From the human T2T-CHM13v2.0 reference genome, Homo sapiens: a DNA stretch of 64,000 nucleotides. The DNA lies in NCBI GenBank assembly GCA_009914755.4, contig CP086569.2, forward strand, positions 4,768,001 to 4,832,000, read 5' to 3'. Each line of letters begins with the position of its first letter. The first letter of the stretch is position 1. The translations under genes were made by a program, and so were the position numbers. Below are positions 42,638 through 57,473 of the stretch, in pieces. A model generated the notes under the pieces. It was not told the origin of the DNA. It did no database searches and saw only the letters and a program-made list of their open reading frames with translations.

Positions 42638-43379
42638 ACACAGTTATGTAATTCTAAAACAAATTGTACAAAACATTCAAGATAAAATAGAAAACAGCAC
42701 ATTATTAAAGCTATTTTATTGTTATAAGAGTTATTTTTACACAGTCCTCTTCAAAACAAGCTATTTGAAATGTTTTGCTCCAAAACGTGTATCCATTAAA
42801 GTGGAGTCAAAATTTGATTGCTCTCAGCCAACATACTTTACTGGAAAAAGTGTGTTTAAAATGGTATAGTAAAAGAAAAGATAAAAGATAAAAAGGTAAA
42901 GGATTGTGAAGAATTCAATGCTGCTATCTGCATGTACTTTGTAAAAATATCACCCTCTCCTTCCTGATCCTCTGTCTCTGTCACATTTCGTGGCTCATAT
43001 GTTAATATGTCCCACCTCCTGAACACTTCAGTCATGAGAGACCCAGCTTAATGCACCCAATTGAAAATCCATTAAAAACACATATGGCATCTTCTGTGTT
43101 GAAAGGATTCTCTTAAAGATCTTACAGTGGTTTGCTGATTTAAAAATATCTCCCTGTTATAACAAAAGAAGGTGTAGGCATTTATTATGGCTTGCTGACT
43201 TCAGGCTAAAAATTTTTTATTTAAATTTAGCCTCTTTTAGATGCCTCCCTAGATTCAAAATCTTATCGGCATTGCCTAATAAGTAGTTGAAACTTTCAGT
43301 TCAACAGAGACCTCGGAAATCGATATATCACATCAGTGTTTTATTTTGTCTGTAAACGTGGCATATTAAATTATTGAGT

Positions 43380-43640
43380 TGTCTGATTTTTTCTCGGATT
43401 TATTGAGGTATAATGCACAAATCAAAATTATATTCAAGTTGTACAAAGTGATATTTTGATATACCTATACATTGTGAAATGATTACCACTATCAAGCTAA
43501 TTAACATATCCATAACCTCATAGTTACCTTTTTTGTGTGAGATTGAGATCGACTATCTTAACAAATTTCAAGTACTCAATACAGTATGATTAACTATAGT
43601 CATCATGCTGTACGTTAGGTCTCCATAACTTTAGATTCCC
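43380..43640 (-). mobile_element. Ancient L1 (L1M-type) 3'UTR fragment, antisense
   Basis: It has the same sequence architecture as the tail-proximal part of the L1M copy at 56205..56955 (tattgaggtataat...atacattgtgaaatgattaccactatcaagctaattaacatatccataacctcatagttacc...ttaactatagtcatcatgctgtac). Confidence 0.6.
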
Positions 43641-44920
43641 TGTTTTGTAACACCTGCTTTAGGCTTGCTGAGGGTCACTGTCCAGTAGTAGTGAGCATTT
43701 TAAGCCAATTTCATTAAGATACGATATTTATGATAAACATTTTTTGTAGCATCAGCCAGTGAAACAAAGTATCTGAACTAATCTGAAAGGATTGCTAATA
43801 AGCATCTTAGCCTTTCTATCTCTGGTTTCTCTACAGGTATCACCATGATAAAATTTTTCTTTACCTGAAGCAATTAAAAATAAAAACACTGTGTTTCCCT
43901 GGTTGGGCCTTTTTAGTTCCCAGTGAAGGCCACCTACGGTGGATAGAGAAGAAAGATACTTTCCACACAAAATATCTTACTATTTGAACCTGGTAATTCA
44001 CATATGCGGTGAAATGTTACCACAAGAAAGCTTCAGTTTTCATAGGTAAAAATAGTTATCCACATATTTAAGCAAGTTTATAATTCTTCATACAAATATT
44101 CACAAAAACAAAAAAGACCATTTTCTCCAGCTTCAGATACACACCATTTGACTTCAGAAACTAAGTTACATCCTTTTGTTTGTTGATTGGTTTGTTTTTA
44201 GGCCATCCAACCCCCTCAAGATAAGTTACATTCTAATGTGGGCATGTTCAAATCTTACAGGATGATCTGCAAGTATAGAAAAACATACAAGAAGAAAAAT
44301 TTGGAAAGATTTTTATATCAGATCACATTTTCCAACATGATTGTCTAGTTGGTAAAGTTCAGCAGTATCAAATTCCCATTGTTTTCTGTGAAAGTATCTC
44401 ATCATTATTTAAAATGTCATATTTTACCTTATTCACTAAACTATAAATATAATTGGTTCCATTAATAATACATGGCAGATAAGCTAGCTTTTTTATATTA
44501 TTCATCATTATGAGATAAAATTCATAGGACCCTATGAAAATAGTTCAATATATACCTCATATGACTGTTAATAATTTCCAACTTATTTTAGAAAACCTAA
44601 AAGCGGAACCAAAACTAGCACAATTTGGAAGAATTTGAAACTATACTTTCTTTCATAAATTTTGAATTATCTAAATTATCTGAATTTCAAACATGAAATT
44701 TTATGTTTACAACTTCTAGAGATATTTATTTGGAATTAAAATTACAAAATGCCAAAGGATTGGATAATATTTATCCAGTCCAATAAATGTTAGGTCCTTT
44801 TTTATTGCTGCTACATATGTCTAGCCACTTAAATAATTGTATTCAATTAAATCCACTTTTCATGTCCAGGGATAGTTCTATTCCCCTGTTATTTCCATCA
44901 AGAAATAAATATCCTATCAT

Positions 44921-46275
44921 TTTATTTTTATTTTTTATTTTTATGGGTATATAGTAAGTGTGTATAATTATGGGCTACATGAGATATTTTGTTACAGGCA
45001 TGCATTGTGTAACAATCACATCAGGGTAAATGGGGTATGCTCACCTCAAGCATACTTCCTTCGTGTGTGTTACAAACAATCCAATTATACTTTTTTGGTT
45101 ATTTTAACCTGTATAATTAAATTATTATTGACTATAATCCCTTTGTTATGCTATCAAGTACTACATCTTATTCATTCTTTCTGACTATATTTTTGTGTCC
45201 ATTAATCATCCCCACTTACCCTCCTCTCCCCAACTTACCACCCTTCCAGCCTCTGGTAACCATTCTTCTATTCTCTATCTCCATGAGTTCAATTGTTTTC
45301 ATTTTTAGCTCCCATAAATAAGTGAGAACATGTGAAGTTTGTCTTTCTTTGTCCTTTTTCCTTACTATATCTTTGTCTATTCTGAGTCTCTTGTGGTTCT
45401 ATATACATTTTACATTTTTTTTCTACTTCTATAAAGAATGTCATTGGTATTTTGATAGAGATTGCACTGAATCTGTAGATTTCTGTGGGTGGTATGGACA
45501 TTTTAATAATATTGATTCTTCAGTCCATGAACATGGAGTATTTTTCCATTTTTTTTTGGTATTGTCCTTAATCTCTTTCATCAGTGTTTTATAGTTTTTG
45601 TTATAGAGATCTTTAACTTCTTTAAATTAATTCATTGATATTTAATTTTATGTGTGACTATTGTAAATGGGATTACTTTTTTATTCTTTTTCTCATTGTT
45701 CACCATTGGCATATAGAAATGCTACTGATTTTTGTATGTTGATTTTGTATCCTCAGCTTTGCTAAATTTATCAGTTCAAATGGTTTTTTTTGCTGGACTC
45801 CTTAGTTTTTTCCAAAGATAATATCATACCATCTGCAAACAGGGATAATTTGACTTCTTCCTTTCCATCATGGATGCCTTTTATATCTTTCTCTTGTCTA
45901 GTGTGTCTAAGTAGAACTTCCAGTACTGTGTTGAATAATAATGGTGAAATTGGCCATTCTTGTCCTATTTCTGATCTTAGAGGAAAGGCTTTCAGATTTT
46001 TCCCCATTTAGTATGATGGGTCTGTCATATACAATTTTTATTATGTTGAGGTATATTTTTTCTATTCCTAGTTTATTGAAAGTTTTTATCATGAAGTGAT
46101 GTTGCATTTTATCAAATGTTTATTCAGCATCAACCAAAATGATTATATGGTTTCTGATCTTCATTCTGTTGATATGATATATCACCTTAATGATTTATGT
46201 ATGCTGAACCATCCTTGTATTCCAGGGATAAATCCCACTTGGTCATGATGATTGGTCTTTTTAATGTGGTTTGAG
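44921..46275 (-). mobile_element. Old L1 (L1PB/L1MA-like), antisense, internally deleted. It has a 3'UTR plus tail and part of ORF2, including the RT motif region, and ends abruptly where the + strand L1 begins.
   Basis: The minus-strand ORFs 45771..46007 (...[58 protein letters not shown]...) and 45289..45501 (...[21 protein letters not shown]...) are L1 ORF2 RT-domain and post-RT sequence. Segment 44945..45330 is the reverse complement of the L1 3'UTR (...ctccatgagttcaattgttttcatttttagctcccataaataagtgagaacatg). A tail lies at 44921..44944. Confidence 0.85.
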
Positions 46276-46286
46276 AAAATCGAAGT

Positions 46287-49200
46287 GGGGGGGAAATGGC
46301 AGATAGGAGACAGGGATAATGTATAGCTCCCACATGGACAGACAGAAGAGTGTGTGGGGACTCACACTGTGATCTTTTGCTTCAAGAACCCCCACAGGAA
46401 CATACCAGGAAAACTGAAAGAATTCACAGATCCTTTGAAGGAAGCAGCACACTGCTGCAAATTCCACAAAACAGGTGAAAAACTGTGTGTTCCCAAAGTG
46501 TGAGAGGGCGAAAGGAAAACCTACCTTCGATCACACATCCTGACTGGGGAATCTGAAAATCCAGATCACAAGAGGATTTAACCTTACCTAGAAATGAAAT
46601 GGATTTAGGAAGTCACATGAGATATAAAAGTAGAAGTAGCAGTGGGAAGTGACTTGCATGCACTCCCAGCCTCCACCTCTAACCTAGAAAGGCCATCCCT
46701 GACTATATCTCACAGGAGCCCTCAGGAAAGGTGGCCAGAGGAATTGGGGAGGGATTATGGGGTGAAGGAGGCTCCCAAATGAAATTGGTAGTGGTTTTGG
46801 CTGGGCACACATTTTCTTGAGTCCAGTCTGGGGGACGGGAGGGAGCTGCTGCACATACAAGCAAGTGCAGGAGTACAGGAGCTGCTGCTGATGGAGTGGG
46901 CAGACAGGGAAAGGCAAGGTCCTAAAGCCATGCTTGCTTTCCCAGTGGAGTAGCTCATGGCTTCTGGCAAGGTCAGAGCAGGGGCACTGCATGAATGAGA
47001 GACTGGCCTCGCCAACTGCATGAGAGCTGGGTACGGCTTCTTGCTACTGGCTATCTCCCACTTCCCTGGTGAGCTATACTGCACAGCAGAGGCGGCCAGG
47101 ATTGCCTATGGAACATAACCCCATTGGCCTGAGAACCACCTCACCCCATGCTCCACAGTGGTCATGGCAAGCCCTCCCCAAGGAGAGTCTGCACCCAGAC
47201 CCACCAAACCCTGCCCCCACATGACAGTATTTCCGTAACTACCCTGATAGCTGAACACAAAACACAGAAACTCATGGGAGCTTTATGGCCCCACCCAACA
47301 CCTGAGAAACCAAAATACTTAGCAGGACCATCTTAGAGTAAGCTTAGAGCCCTTTAGTACTATCACAGCTGGTGCTATCTTGAAAGTGCCACCTCTTAGC
47401 TGGAGGCCAACCAACTCAGGCCATTACAGCAACTCAGGACAGAATAACCCTGATCCCAGGAAGGAGAAGACAACACCTAATTTCACTGCCTGCAACATCC
47501 TGGCTAACCAGAGGTCCTGAGTGTGTCCATGTGACAACTTCATCACTAGCATAACCAGCATTCAAGAAAGCCAGCATACTAAACATATTAACAACAAAGA
47601 GCTCTCGCAGAGTCTACTTTGCTTCTCTGCCACCTCTACCAGAGCAGGTGCTTGTATCCACAACTGGGAGACCTGAAGACAGATCACATCACAGGACACT
47701 TTGCAGACATCCTGCAGCATCAGCCCAGAGCCTGATAGCCCCACTCAGTGGCTAGACTCAGAAGAGCAATAACAATCACTGCAGACCAGCTTTCAGGAAG
47801 TCTCATCTCTAGGGGAAGGGGGAGAGCACGACATCAAGGAATCACCCTCTAGGACAAGAAAATAAATCTGAACAGCAGGCCTTAAGTTTCATACCTCTCC
47901 ACTGAAATAGTCTACCCAAATGAGAAGAAACCAGAAAAGTAATCCTGTTATAGAACACGGTTCTATAACACCCCCGAAAGATCACACCAGATCCCCACGA
48001 ATGGATCCAAACCAAGAAGAAATCTCTGAATTGCCAGATAAACACTTCAGAAGGTAGATTATTAAGCTACTCAAGGAGATACCACAGAAAGGTGAAAACC
48101 AACTTAAAGAAATTAAAAAACAATATAGGGTATAGATGAACAATTCTCAAGAGAAATAGATATCACAAAGAAAATACAATTACAACTTCTGGAAATGAAA
48201 GACACACTTAGAGAAATGCAAAATGTAGTGGAAACTTTCAACAGTAGCATAGAACACGTAGAAGAAATAACTTTAGAGTTCAATGAAAAGGCTTTCAAAT
48301 AAACCCAATCACACAAAGACAAAGAAAATATTTTTTAAATGAACAAAGACTCCAAGAAATTTTTGATTATATTAAATGACCAAACATAAGAATAACTGGT
48401 GTTCCTGAGAAAGAAGAGAAATCTAAAAGTTTGGAAAACTTATTTGAGCAAATAATTGAGGGTAACTTCCCTGGTCTTGCTAGAGGTCTAGACATCCAAA
48501 CACAAGAAGCTCAAAGAACACCTGGGAAATTCATTGCAAAAAGATCACCACCTAAGCATGTAGTCATCAGGTTATCTAAAATCAAGACAAAGGAAAGAAT
48601 CTTAAGAGCTGTGAGACAAAAGCATCAGATCACCTATAAAGGAAAACCTATCAAATTAACAGCAGACCTCTCAGCAGAAACCTTACAAGCCAGAGGGGAT
48701 TGAGGTCCCATCTTTAGCCCCCTGAAACAAAATGAAGGAGAAATGAAGTTGTTTTCAGACAAACAAGTGCTGACTACTAAGCCAGCACTACAAGAAATGC
48801 TAAAAGGAGTTCTACATCTTGAAACAAAACCTTAAAATACACCAAAATAGAAACACCTTAAAGCATAAATCTCACAGGGCCCATAAAACATTAATGCAAC
48901 AGCAAAAATGCAAGGTATTAAAGCAACAACTAACATGATGAGTAAAACAATACCTCACATCTGAATACTAACACTGAAAGTGAATGGCTTAAATGCTCCA
49001 CTTAAAAGATACAGAATGGCAGAATGGATAAAAATCCACCAACCAAGTAGCTGCTGTCTTCAAGAGACTCACTAACACATAAGGACTCACATAAACTTAA
49101 GGTAATGGGGTGGAAAAAAACATTCCATGCAAATGGAAACCAAAAGCAACTAGGAGTAGCTATTCCTATATCAGACAAAGCAGAATTTAAAGCAACAACA

Positions 49201-51625
49201 CGAAGAAAAAACAAAAAGGGACATCATATAATGATAAAAGAAATAGGCCAACAGGAAAATACCACAATCGTATATACGCACCTAACACTGGAATTTTCAA
49301 ATTTATAAAACAATTACTACTAGACCTAAGAAATGAGATAATGAGATAGATGTCTACATAATAATAGTGCAGGACTTCAGTACTCCACTGCCAGCACTAG
49401 ACAGGTCATCGAGGCAAAAAATCAAAAATAAACAGTGAAATTAAACCATAGTCTAGAACAAATGGACTTGATGGATATTTGCAGAACATTTCCCCAACCA
49501 CTTCAGACTATACATTTTTTTTCAGCACATGGAATATCCTCCAGAGTAGAACATGTGATAGGTCACAAAACAAGTCTTAATAAATTTAAGAAAAAAATTA
49601 TATCAAGTATCCTCTCAGACCACAGTGGAATAAAACTGGAAATCAACTCCTAAAGGAATCCTCAAAACTATACAAATACATGAAAACTAAATAATCTGCT
49701 CTTGAATTATCTTTGGGTCAACAATGAAATTTAAAAATTCTTTGAGCTGAATGATAATAGTAACACAACTTAACAAAACCTCTGGGATACAAAAAAAGCA
49801 GTACTCAGAGGAAAGTTCATAGCATTAAATGCTTACATCAAAAAGTCTGAAAGAGCACAAACAGATGATCTAAGGTTGCACCTCAAGGAACTAGAGAAAC
49901 AAGAACAAACCAAATCCAAAACCAGCAGAAGGAAAGAAATAACGAAGACCAGAGCTGAACTATATGAAATTGAAACAAAAATATAATAGATAAATGAAAC
50001 AAAGAGCTGGTTCTTTGAAAAGATAAACAAATGGATGGACCGTTAGTGAGATTAACCAAGAAAAGAATAGAGAAGTTCCAAATAAGCTCAATTAGAAATG
50101 AACCAGGAGATATTACAGCCAATACACAGAAATACAAAACATCATTCAAGGTTACTATGAACACATTTTTCTACAAAAACTAGGAAATCTAGAGGAGATG
50201 GATACATTCCTGAAAACATGCAACCCTCCCACGTTAAATTGGGAAGAAATAGAAACTCTGGACAGACCAACAACAAGTAGCAAGATTGAAACAATAATAA
50301 AAAATTGCCAACAAAAAGAAGTCCAGGACCAGATTCACAGCTGAATCCTATCGGACATTCAAAAAAGAATTGGTACAAATTTTACTGAAACTATACTCAA
50401 AGACAGAGAAAGAGTGATTCCTCCCTAAATCATTCTATGAAGTGTCACCCTAATACCAATATCAAGAAAGGACGTAACAAAAAAAGAAAACTACAGACCA
50501 ATATCCCTGATGAACATAGATGCAAAAATCCTCAACAAAATAATAGCTAACTGATTCCAACAGCATATCAAAAAGATAATCCACCACGATCACGTGGGTT
50601 TTATACCAATGATGCAGGGATGGTTTAACATACACAAGTCAATAAATGTGATACATCGCATAAACAGAATTAAAAACAAAAATCACATGATTTTCTCAAT
50701 AGATGCAGAAAAATATTTGACAAAATCCAGCATCCGCTTATGATTAAAATTCTCAGCAAAATTGGCATACAAAGGACATACCTCAAGGTAATAAAAGCTA
50801 TCTGTGACAAACACATAGCCAGCATTATGCTAAATGGGGAAGGTTGGAAAGAATTCCCCCTGAGAACTGGAACAAGACGAAGATGTCCAGTTTTACCACT
50901 TCTCTTCAAAATAGGACTGGGAGTCCTACCAGATCAATCAGACAAGATAAAGGAATCAAGGTGCATCTATATTGATTAACAGGAAATCAAACTGTCGCTG
51001 TTCACTGATGATATTATTGTATACCTAGAAAACCCTAAAGATTTATCCAAAACACTCCTAGATTTTATAAACGAATTCAGTAAAGTTTCAGGATACAAAA
51101 TCATTGTACACAAATCAGTAGCATTGCTATACTCCAACAACAGCCAAGCTAAGAAACAAATCAAGAACTCAATCTTTTTTACAGCAGCTGCAAAAAAAAA
51201 AAAAAAAAAAAAATCCTTAGGAATATAATTAACCAAGGAGGTCAAAGATCTTCACAAGGAAAACTACAAAACACTGCTGAAAGAAATCATCGACAACACA
51301 AATAGAAACACATCCCATGCTCGTGGATGGGTAGAATCAATATTGTGAAAATCACCATACTACCAAAAGCAATCTACAGATTCAATGCCATTCCCATCAA
51401 AATGCCATAATCATTCTTCACAGAACCAGAAAAAAACTATCCTAAAATTCATATGGAATTAAAAAAAACACCCTGCATAGCCAAAGCAAGACTAAGCAAA
51501 AATAACCAAACTTGGAGGCATCACATTACTAGACTTCAAGCTATACTACAAGGCTATAGTTACCAAAACAGCACAGTACTGGTATGAAAACAGGCATGTA
51601 GACCAACAGAACAGAACATGTATCA
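46287..51625 (+). mobile_element. Near-full-length degenerate L1 (older L1PA/L1PB class). It has a 5'UTR of about 1.8 kb, an ORF1 remnant, and ORF2 running to about codon position 4800 of L1. It is 3'-truncated with no 3'UTR or poly(A). Many frameshifts and stops are present.
   Basis: The 5' end gggggggaaatggcagataggagacag... resembles an L1 5'UTR start. ORF 48431..48703 (ENLFEQIIEGNFPGLARGLDIQTQEAQRTPGKF...KPIKLTADLSAETLQARGD) is the ORF1p C-terminus. Downstream, an ORF2 endonuclease segment follows (...gaatggcttaaatgctccacttaaaagatacagaatggc...). The ORF2 RT segment is in ORF 50740..50979 (...MLNGEGWKEFPLRTGTRRRCPVLPLLF...). Homology stops at about 51625 (…ccaaaacagcacagtactggtatgaaaacaggcatgtagaccaacagaacagaacatg). 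Confidence 0.85.
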
Positions 51626-52390
51626 GGTAGGATGTGATTATTGAAGAGAGACACATCATTTTGTATTTGTGGACCTTGTGGGTCTCAGTTTCTTTATCTA
51701 AAAAAATGAATGTGTATTAGTTTTGGAAGTTGCGTAATAAATTACCACTAACTTAGAAGCCTAAAACTACTAATTTATTATCTCACAGTTCTGTAAGTCA
51801 GAAGTTTAGGCAGGCTGGGCTGGGTTCATTGCCTAGAGTCTCCCATTATTATTTATTATTATTTGTTAATCTCCTAGGCTAAACTTCCTTTTTGGGAAGA
51901 AAAGTAGTTTATTTTTGCTGGAATTTCTCTCTGTGTTGTTTTCATCTTGAGGAGATCAAGTATAAAAGTGTTGCGCATTTACTGAGTAATATTACAAGCA
52001 GAATGCCACATATTATTAATTGAAATTCTGATTCAAATGTTTATATTAAGTAGAATTTTTCCAACACAGTGTATATGTGCTAAACCTCTAGGAAGAATAT
52101 GTTTATTTTGCACCTAAACATTGGATGATATGAGGAGAAGCACATCTTGATAATGATACATAACAATAAGTTAGGTGTAGACTAAGACGTTGTTGATTGA
52201 GAGACAGTGTACTTGATCTAAAATCTGTTTCAGGAACATTGCTATGAGGATATTTACTGCAAAAAAAAAAATGTGTTTTTTTCACATTTTGTACTAATGG
52301 TGGAATTTTCACTTTTAATAAAGGAAAGTTACAAATTATTTCAGGGAATTTTTGTTTTATTAAACCTCCTGGTAAATCAAACTGATTTTT

Positions 52391-53854
<1,464 letters not shown>

Positions 53855-56204
53855 TGAGCACATGATAAATGCCTACTAAAACAAACACTGGTGTTCTAGC
53901 TCTCTCTCTCTCTTTTCAAATATCATGAAGAATTGTCCACAGAATAGCATTTAGGATGGTGTAGACTTAAGAGGGAAATGCATGTACCATCAGTACTTTT
54001 CCTTGGGCAGTCTAGCTAGGATGTCACCCACAGGAGGGGATACAAGCCTTGCAGGACATGTTAAAAAATTAAGACTATAAAATTAAGGAATACAAAGGAA
54101 CACATTACTATTCAATTCAGTAGGGATCTGTAATTCTGCACTGCTCAGGTGCAGATGAAAACTACTCAGGTCAGAATCAAGTTGTTTCTGTAAGAGACAG
54201 CTCTATAAATAATGAGCTGTTTGTTTCTATGAGAGATAGCCCTATAAATAATGAGCTGTTCTCAGGTGAGCCAATCATTACCAATTGCCTGTTTAAAATG
54301 TCAGAATTGTCAAGGTCAATTGGTGTTAATCTAATGGCAGCACTGACCTAGTGTCACACAGAGTCTATAAATTAAATTTTAAGTCTCACAAAAGGATTAT
54401 CTTTGTTTCTAGAGACAATATTTGAATCAACAATGTTTTGGGTACTTCCGTGAAAGTGATGTGGGTGGATTGAAGTTTAAAAGGTGTAGACAATTGTCCA
54501 TTAAAGCAATTACATTAATGCATCAGGCTGATTTGAAATCAGTATTGAGGTAGAGTCAGAATATTTGCATATTTTTTTCTTTGTCATAACATCCTCACCA
54601 AAGCTTTTGGAAATTGCTGTTTTCAATGCACTTCTCACTCCACAGCCAGGACATAAAGAGTGACGGGGAAAAAGAGAACCTTATCAGGAAGAGAAAGAAA
54701 TAACCATTAGAAAGTTGTTCAAAATATATTATTTCATGAAATTGTCTTTCTTCTGTAACTTGTCTGTTTCCATATCTCCTTGTCACATTCTTAGGTATTT
54801 CAGTAATAAAAAAATTATCTGGATAAAAAAAGAAAGTAAAAAAAATGAAGTTTAGGTTTGATAAAAATTACTTTTATGAGTTAAAAGAACAAAGTATATT
54901 TCCTCTAAAAGAAGTTGATTACCGACTCCTTGTAACTTTTCATAAATTAACGTTCAGATATTTTTCAAATAAATAACTGATGGGAACTCAGCTTGTTGAA
55001 AATTTGCTTGGTTACACATTCAACAAACCTGATGGACAGTTTTGATTATTTTTGCCCTTTACAGAGTAAGTGTGAAATAACACTAATTAAAAGCTTTTCT
55101 ACTGAATAATCCATGTGCATCACCTTCCAAAATTTCACTTAAGGGGCCTACACATTGACAAAAACACATTTTATTCCCTTTGCTTAATTTCATTAGTGGG
55201 ACTTTTCTTTGACTTTGTGGGAACATTTAGATTTTTCTCCAGAGCATGTTAGAGCTCAGAACGATTAGCAGAGCATTTGAAGTAACCACAGCTCAGGGAT
55301 AATGGGAATGAGCCCTATAGCACTGTGTAAGCACTGGGACCATTTATAGATGTTCTGTGCAATGGTGGATAAAATAGGGCCACACTATACTGTTCCAGAA
55401 GCATTTTCTCTAGAGCCTTCTATAAGTCCCTTCTATGCTAAATAATTCAAACATGCATTTTGCATTCAGTAAACAATTGAAAACACAAGGAAATGAAGCT
55501 TTAAAAAGGAGTTGTGCTCAGTCAGTATATTGCTTTCAACTTTGAAAGAAGGCAAATATATAAAATGATCCTGAATTGCCTACTCAATTTCTAGCAGTAA
55601 GAGTAAAGCAGAGAAATCTCATTCTACTCCACCTATCCCCCTCTCACCAAAATCAAGAATTGTGTCTTTATTGTTGTTATAATTTGCTTCATAATGTTTT
55701 CTTGACAATTGAGACATTGTATACTGCATTAATTATTTACATTTTGTATGAACATTAAAATAATGAGAACATATATTTGTTTAGAAAAAAATCCCTCTAT
55801 TTTTTCTCTCATAAATATAATTCTACTGTTATGTTAGTATGTTCATAATTTGAGAAATTCTAAGTCTTAAGAAATCTTGGAATTGTATGAATTCTCTTTT
55901 ACCTACTCATTAGCAGACTCATAATTTTAGAAATCTTAATTGAGATCCATGTGCCAGTTATACTAATTAGTGTATAATTTCATAATCTGAGTACTTACAG
56001 AAAGCACACTCTTGAAAAACTCTGTATCTACAAATGCTTTTGACTATATGGATTTCCAGAGTCAAAATATTATTCAAAAAAGTAATAATAACATTTACCA
56101 CAAAGCTTCCAATGATGGTTCATCTGTGGGTGAATTTCCCATTTACAACTTTGCTCCCAGAGCACTCAGAAATATTTTACCCCTTTTCATTTTTTTAAAC
56201 TAGA

Positions 56205-56955
56205 CTTTATTTTTTACAGAAGTCTTAGGTTCACAGCAAAAATGAGAGGAAGTTATAGAGATTTCCCGTATCTTCTCTACCCTACACATGTGTAACCTCC
56301 CCCATTGTCAATATCCCCCACCAGAGTGACACATTTGTTATAGTTGATGAATTTACACATCAATATCACCCAAAGTCCATAGTTTACATTGGGGTTCACT
56401 CTTGTATATTCTATGGGTTTGGAAAACATTTAAAATAACAAGTATCAACAATTATAGTATCTATAGAGTAGTTTCTCTGCCATAAAAATCCTCCATTCTC
56501 TGCTTGTTCATCCCTCCTTCCCCTATTCCACAACCCCTGGCAACCACTGATATTTCTACTGTCTCCATAGTTTTACCTTTTCCAGAATGTCATATAGTTA
56601 GAATCATACAGTATGTAGCCATTTCCAATTAACTTATTGTACCTAGTAATACAGATTTAAGGCTCCTCCACGTCTTTTCATGGCTTGATAGATCATTTTT
56701 TTTTAGCAATGAATAATCATTTCTGAATCTACCACAGTTTATTTATTCATTAACCTACTGAAGGATATCTTGGTTACATTCAAATTTTGGCATTTATGAA
56801 TAAAGCTGCTATAAATATCTGCTTGCTGGTTTTGTGTAAACATAAGTTTTAAGCTCCTTTGGGTAAATACTAAAGAATGTGATTGCTGAGCCTTATGGTT
56901 AATAGTATATTTAGTTTTGTGAAAAACTGCCAAACTGTCTTCCAAAGTGGCTATA
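56205..56955 (-). mobile_element. Ancient L1 (L1M-type) 3' end, antisense, with an ORF2 C-terminal coding remnant plus 3'UTR. The tail is at the low-coordinate end.
   Basis: The reverse-complement architecture parallels the L1 3' region (...ccatagttttaccttttccagaatgtcatatagttagaatcatacagtatgtagccattt...cttttcatggcttgatagatcatttttttttagcaatgaataatcat...ccacagtttatttattcattaacctactgaaggatatcttggttacattcaaattttggcatttatgaataaagctgctataaatatctg...aactgccaaactgtcttccaaagtggct). Confidence 0.75.
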
Positions 56956-57473
56956 GATTCTCTTTCATTGGGAAGATGGCAATACATAATATCTAAGTCA
57001 TTTTACGACTCAGTGTTTTCTATCATATAGGAATGACCTTTACTTTAGTTAGTATTTGGCATTACATATGCATGTATAAAATGTATAGTTTTTAAAAGAG
57101 TGTTTGTTCCTTAATATAGTTAGTAGTTATGAAATGAGTCAAGATCTGTTATTGCTAATGTTGGCAATATATTTTTATTAAATTAGACATTTTGGATGGT
57201 TTTAAAATTATAACTCAGTAATAATAGCTAACCTGTATGTAGCACTTAACTTTGTGCCAGACACCATTCTATTGGCATATATCGTCTCACTTAGTTAATA
57301 TTTTAAATTCTGTTTCTTCAGATTAGGAAACTGAAGTCTAGAGTAGTTAAATGACCTCTTGAAGATGACACAGTTAGTAAGTGGTAAAGCTGGGGTTTAA
57401 ACACAGTCTGTCTAGCTCGAGTCCATACTCTACACTTTAAGACTATAGTAGTTGTGTTTAACAGGCTTTAGAT

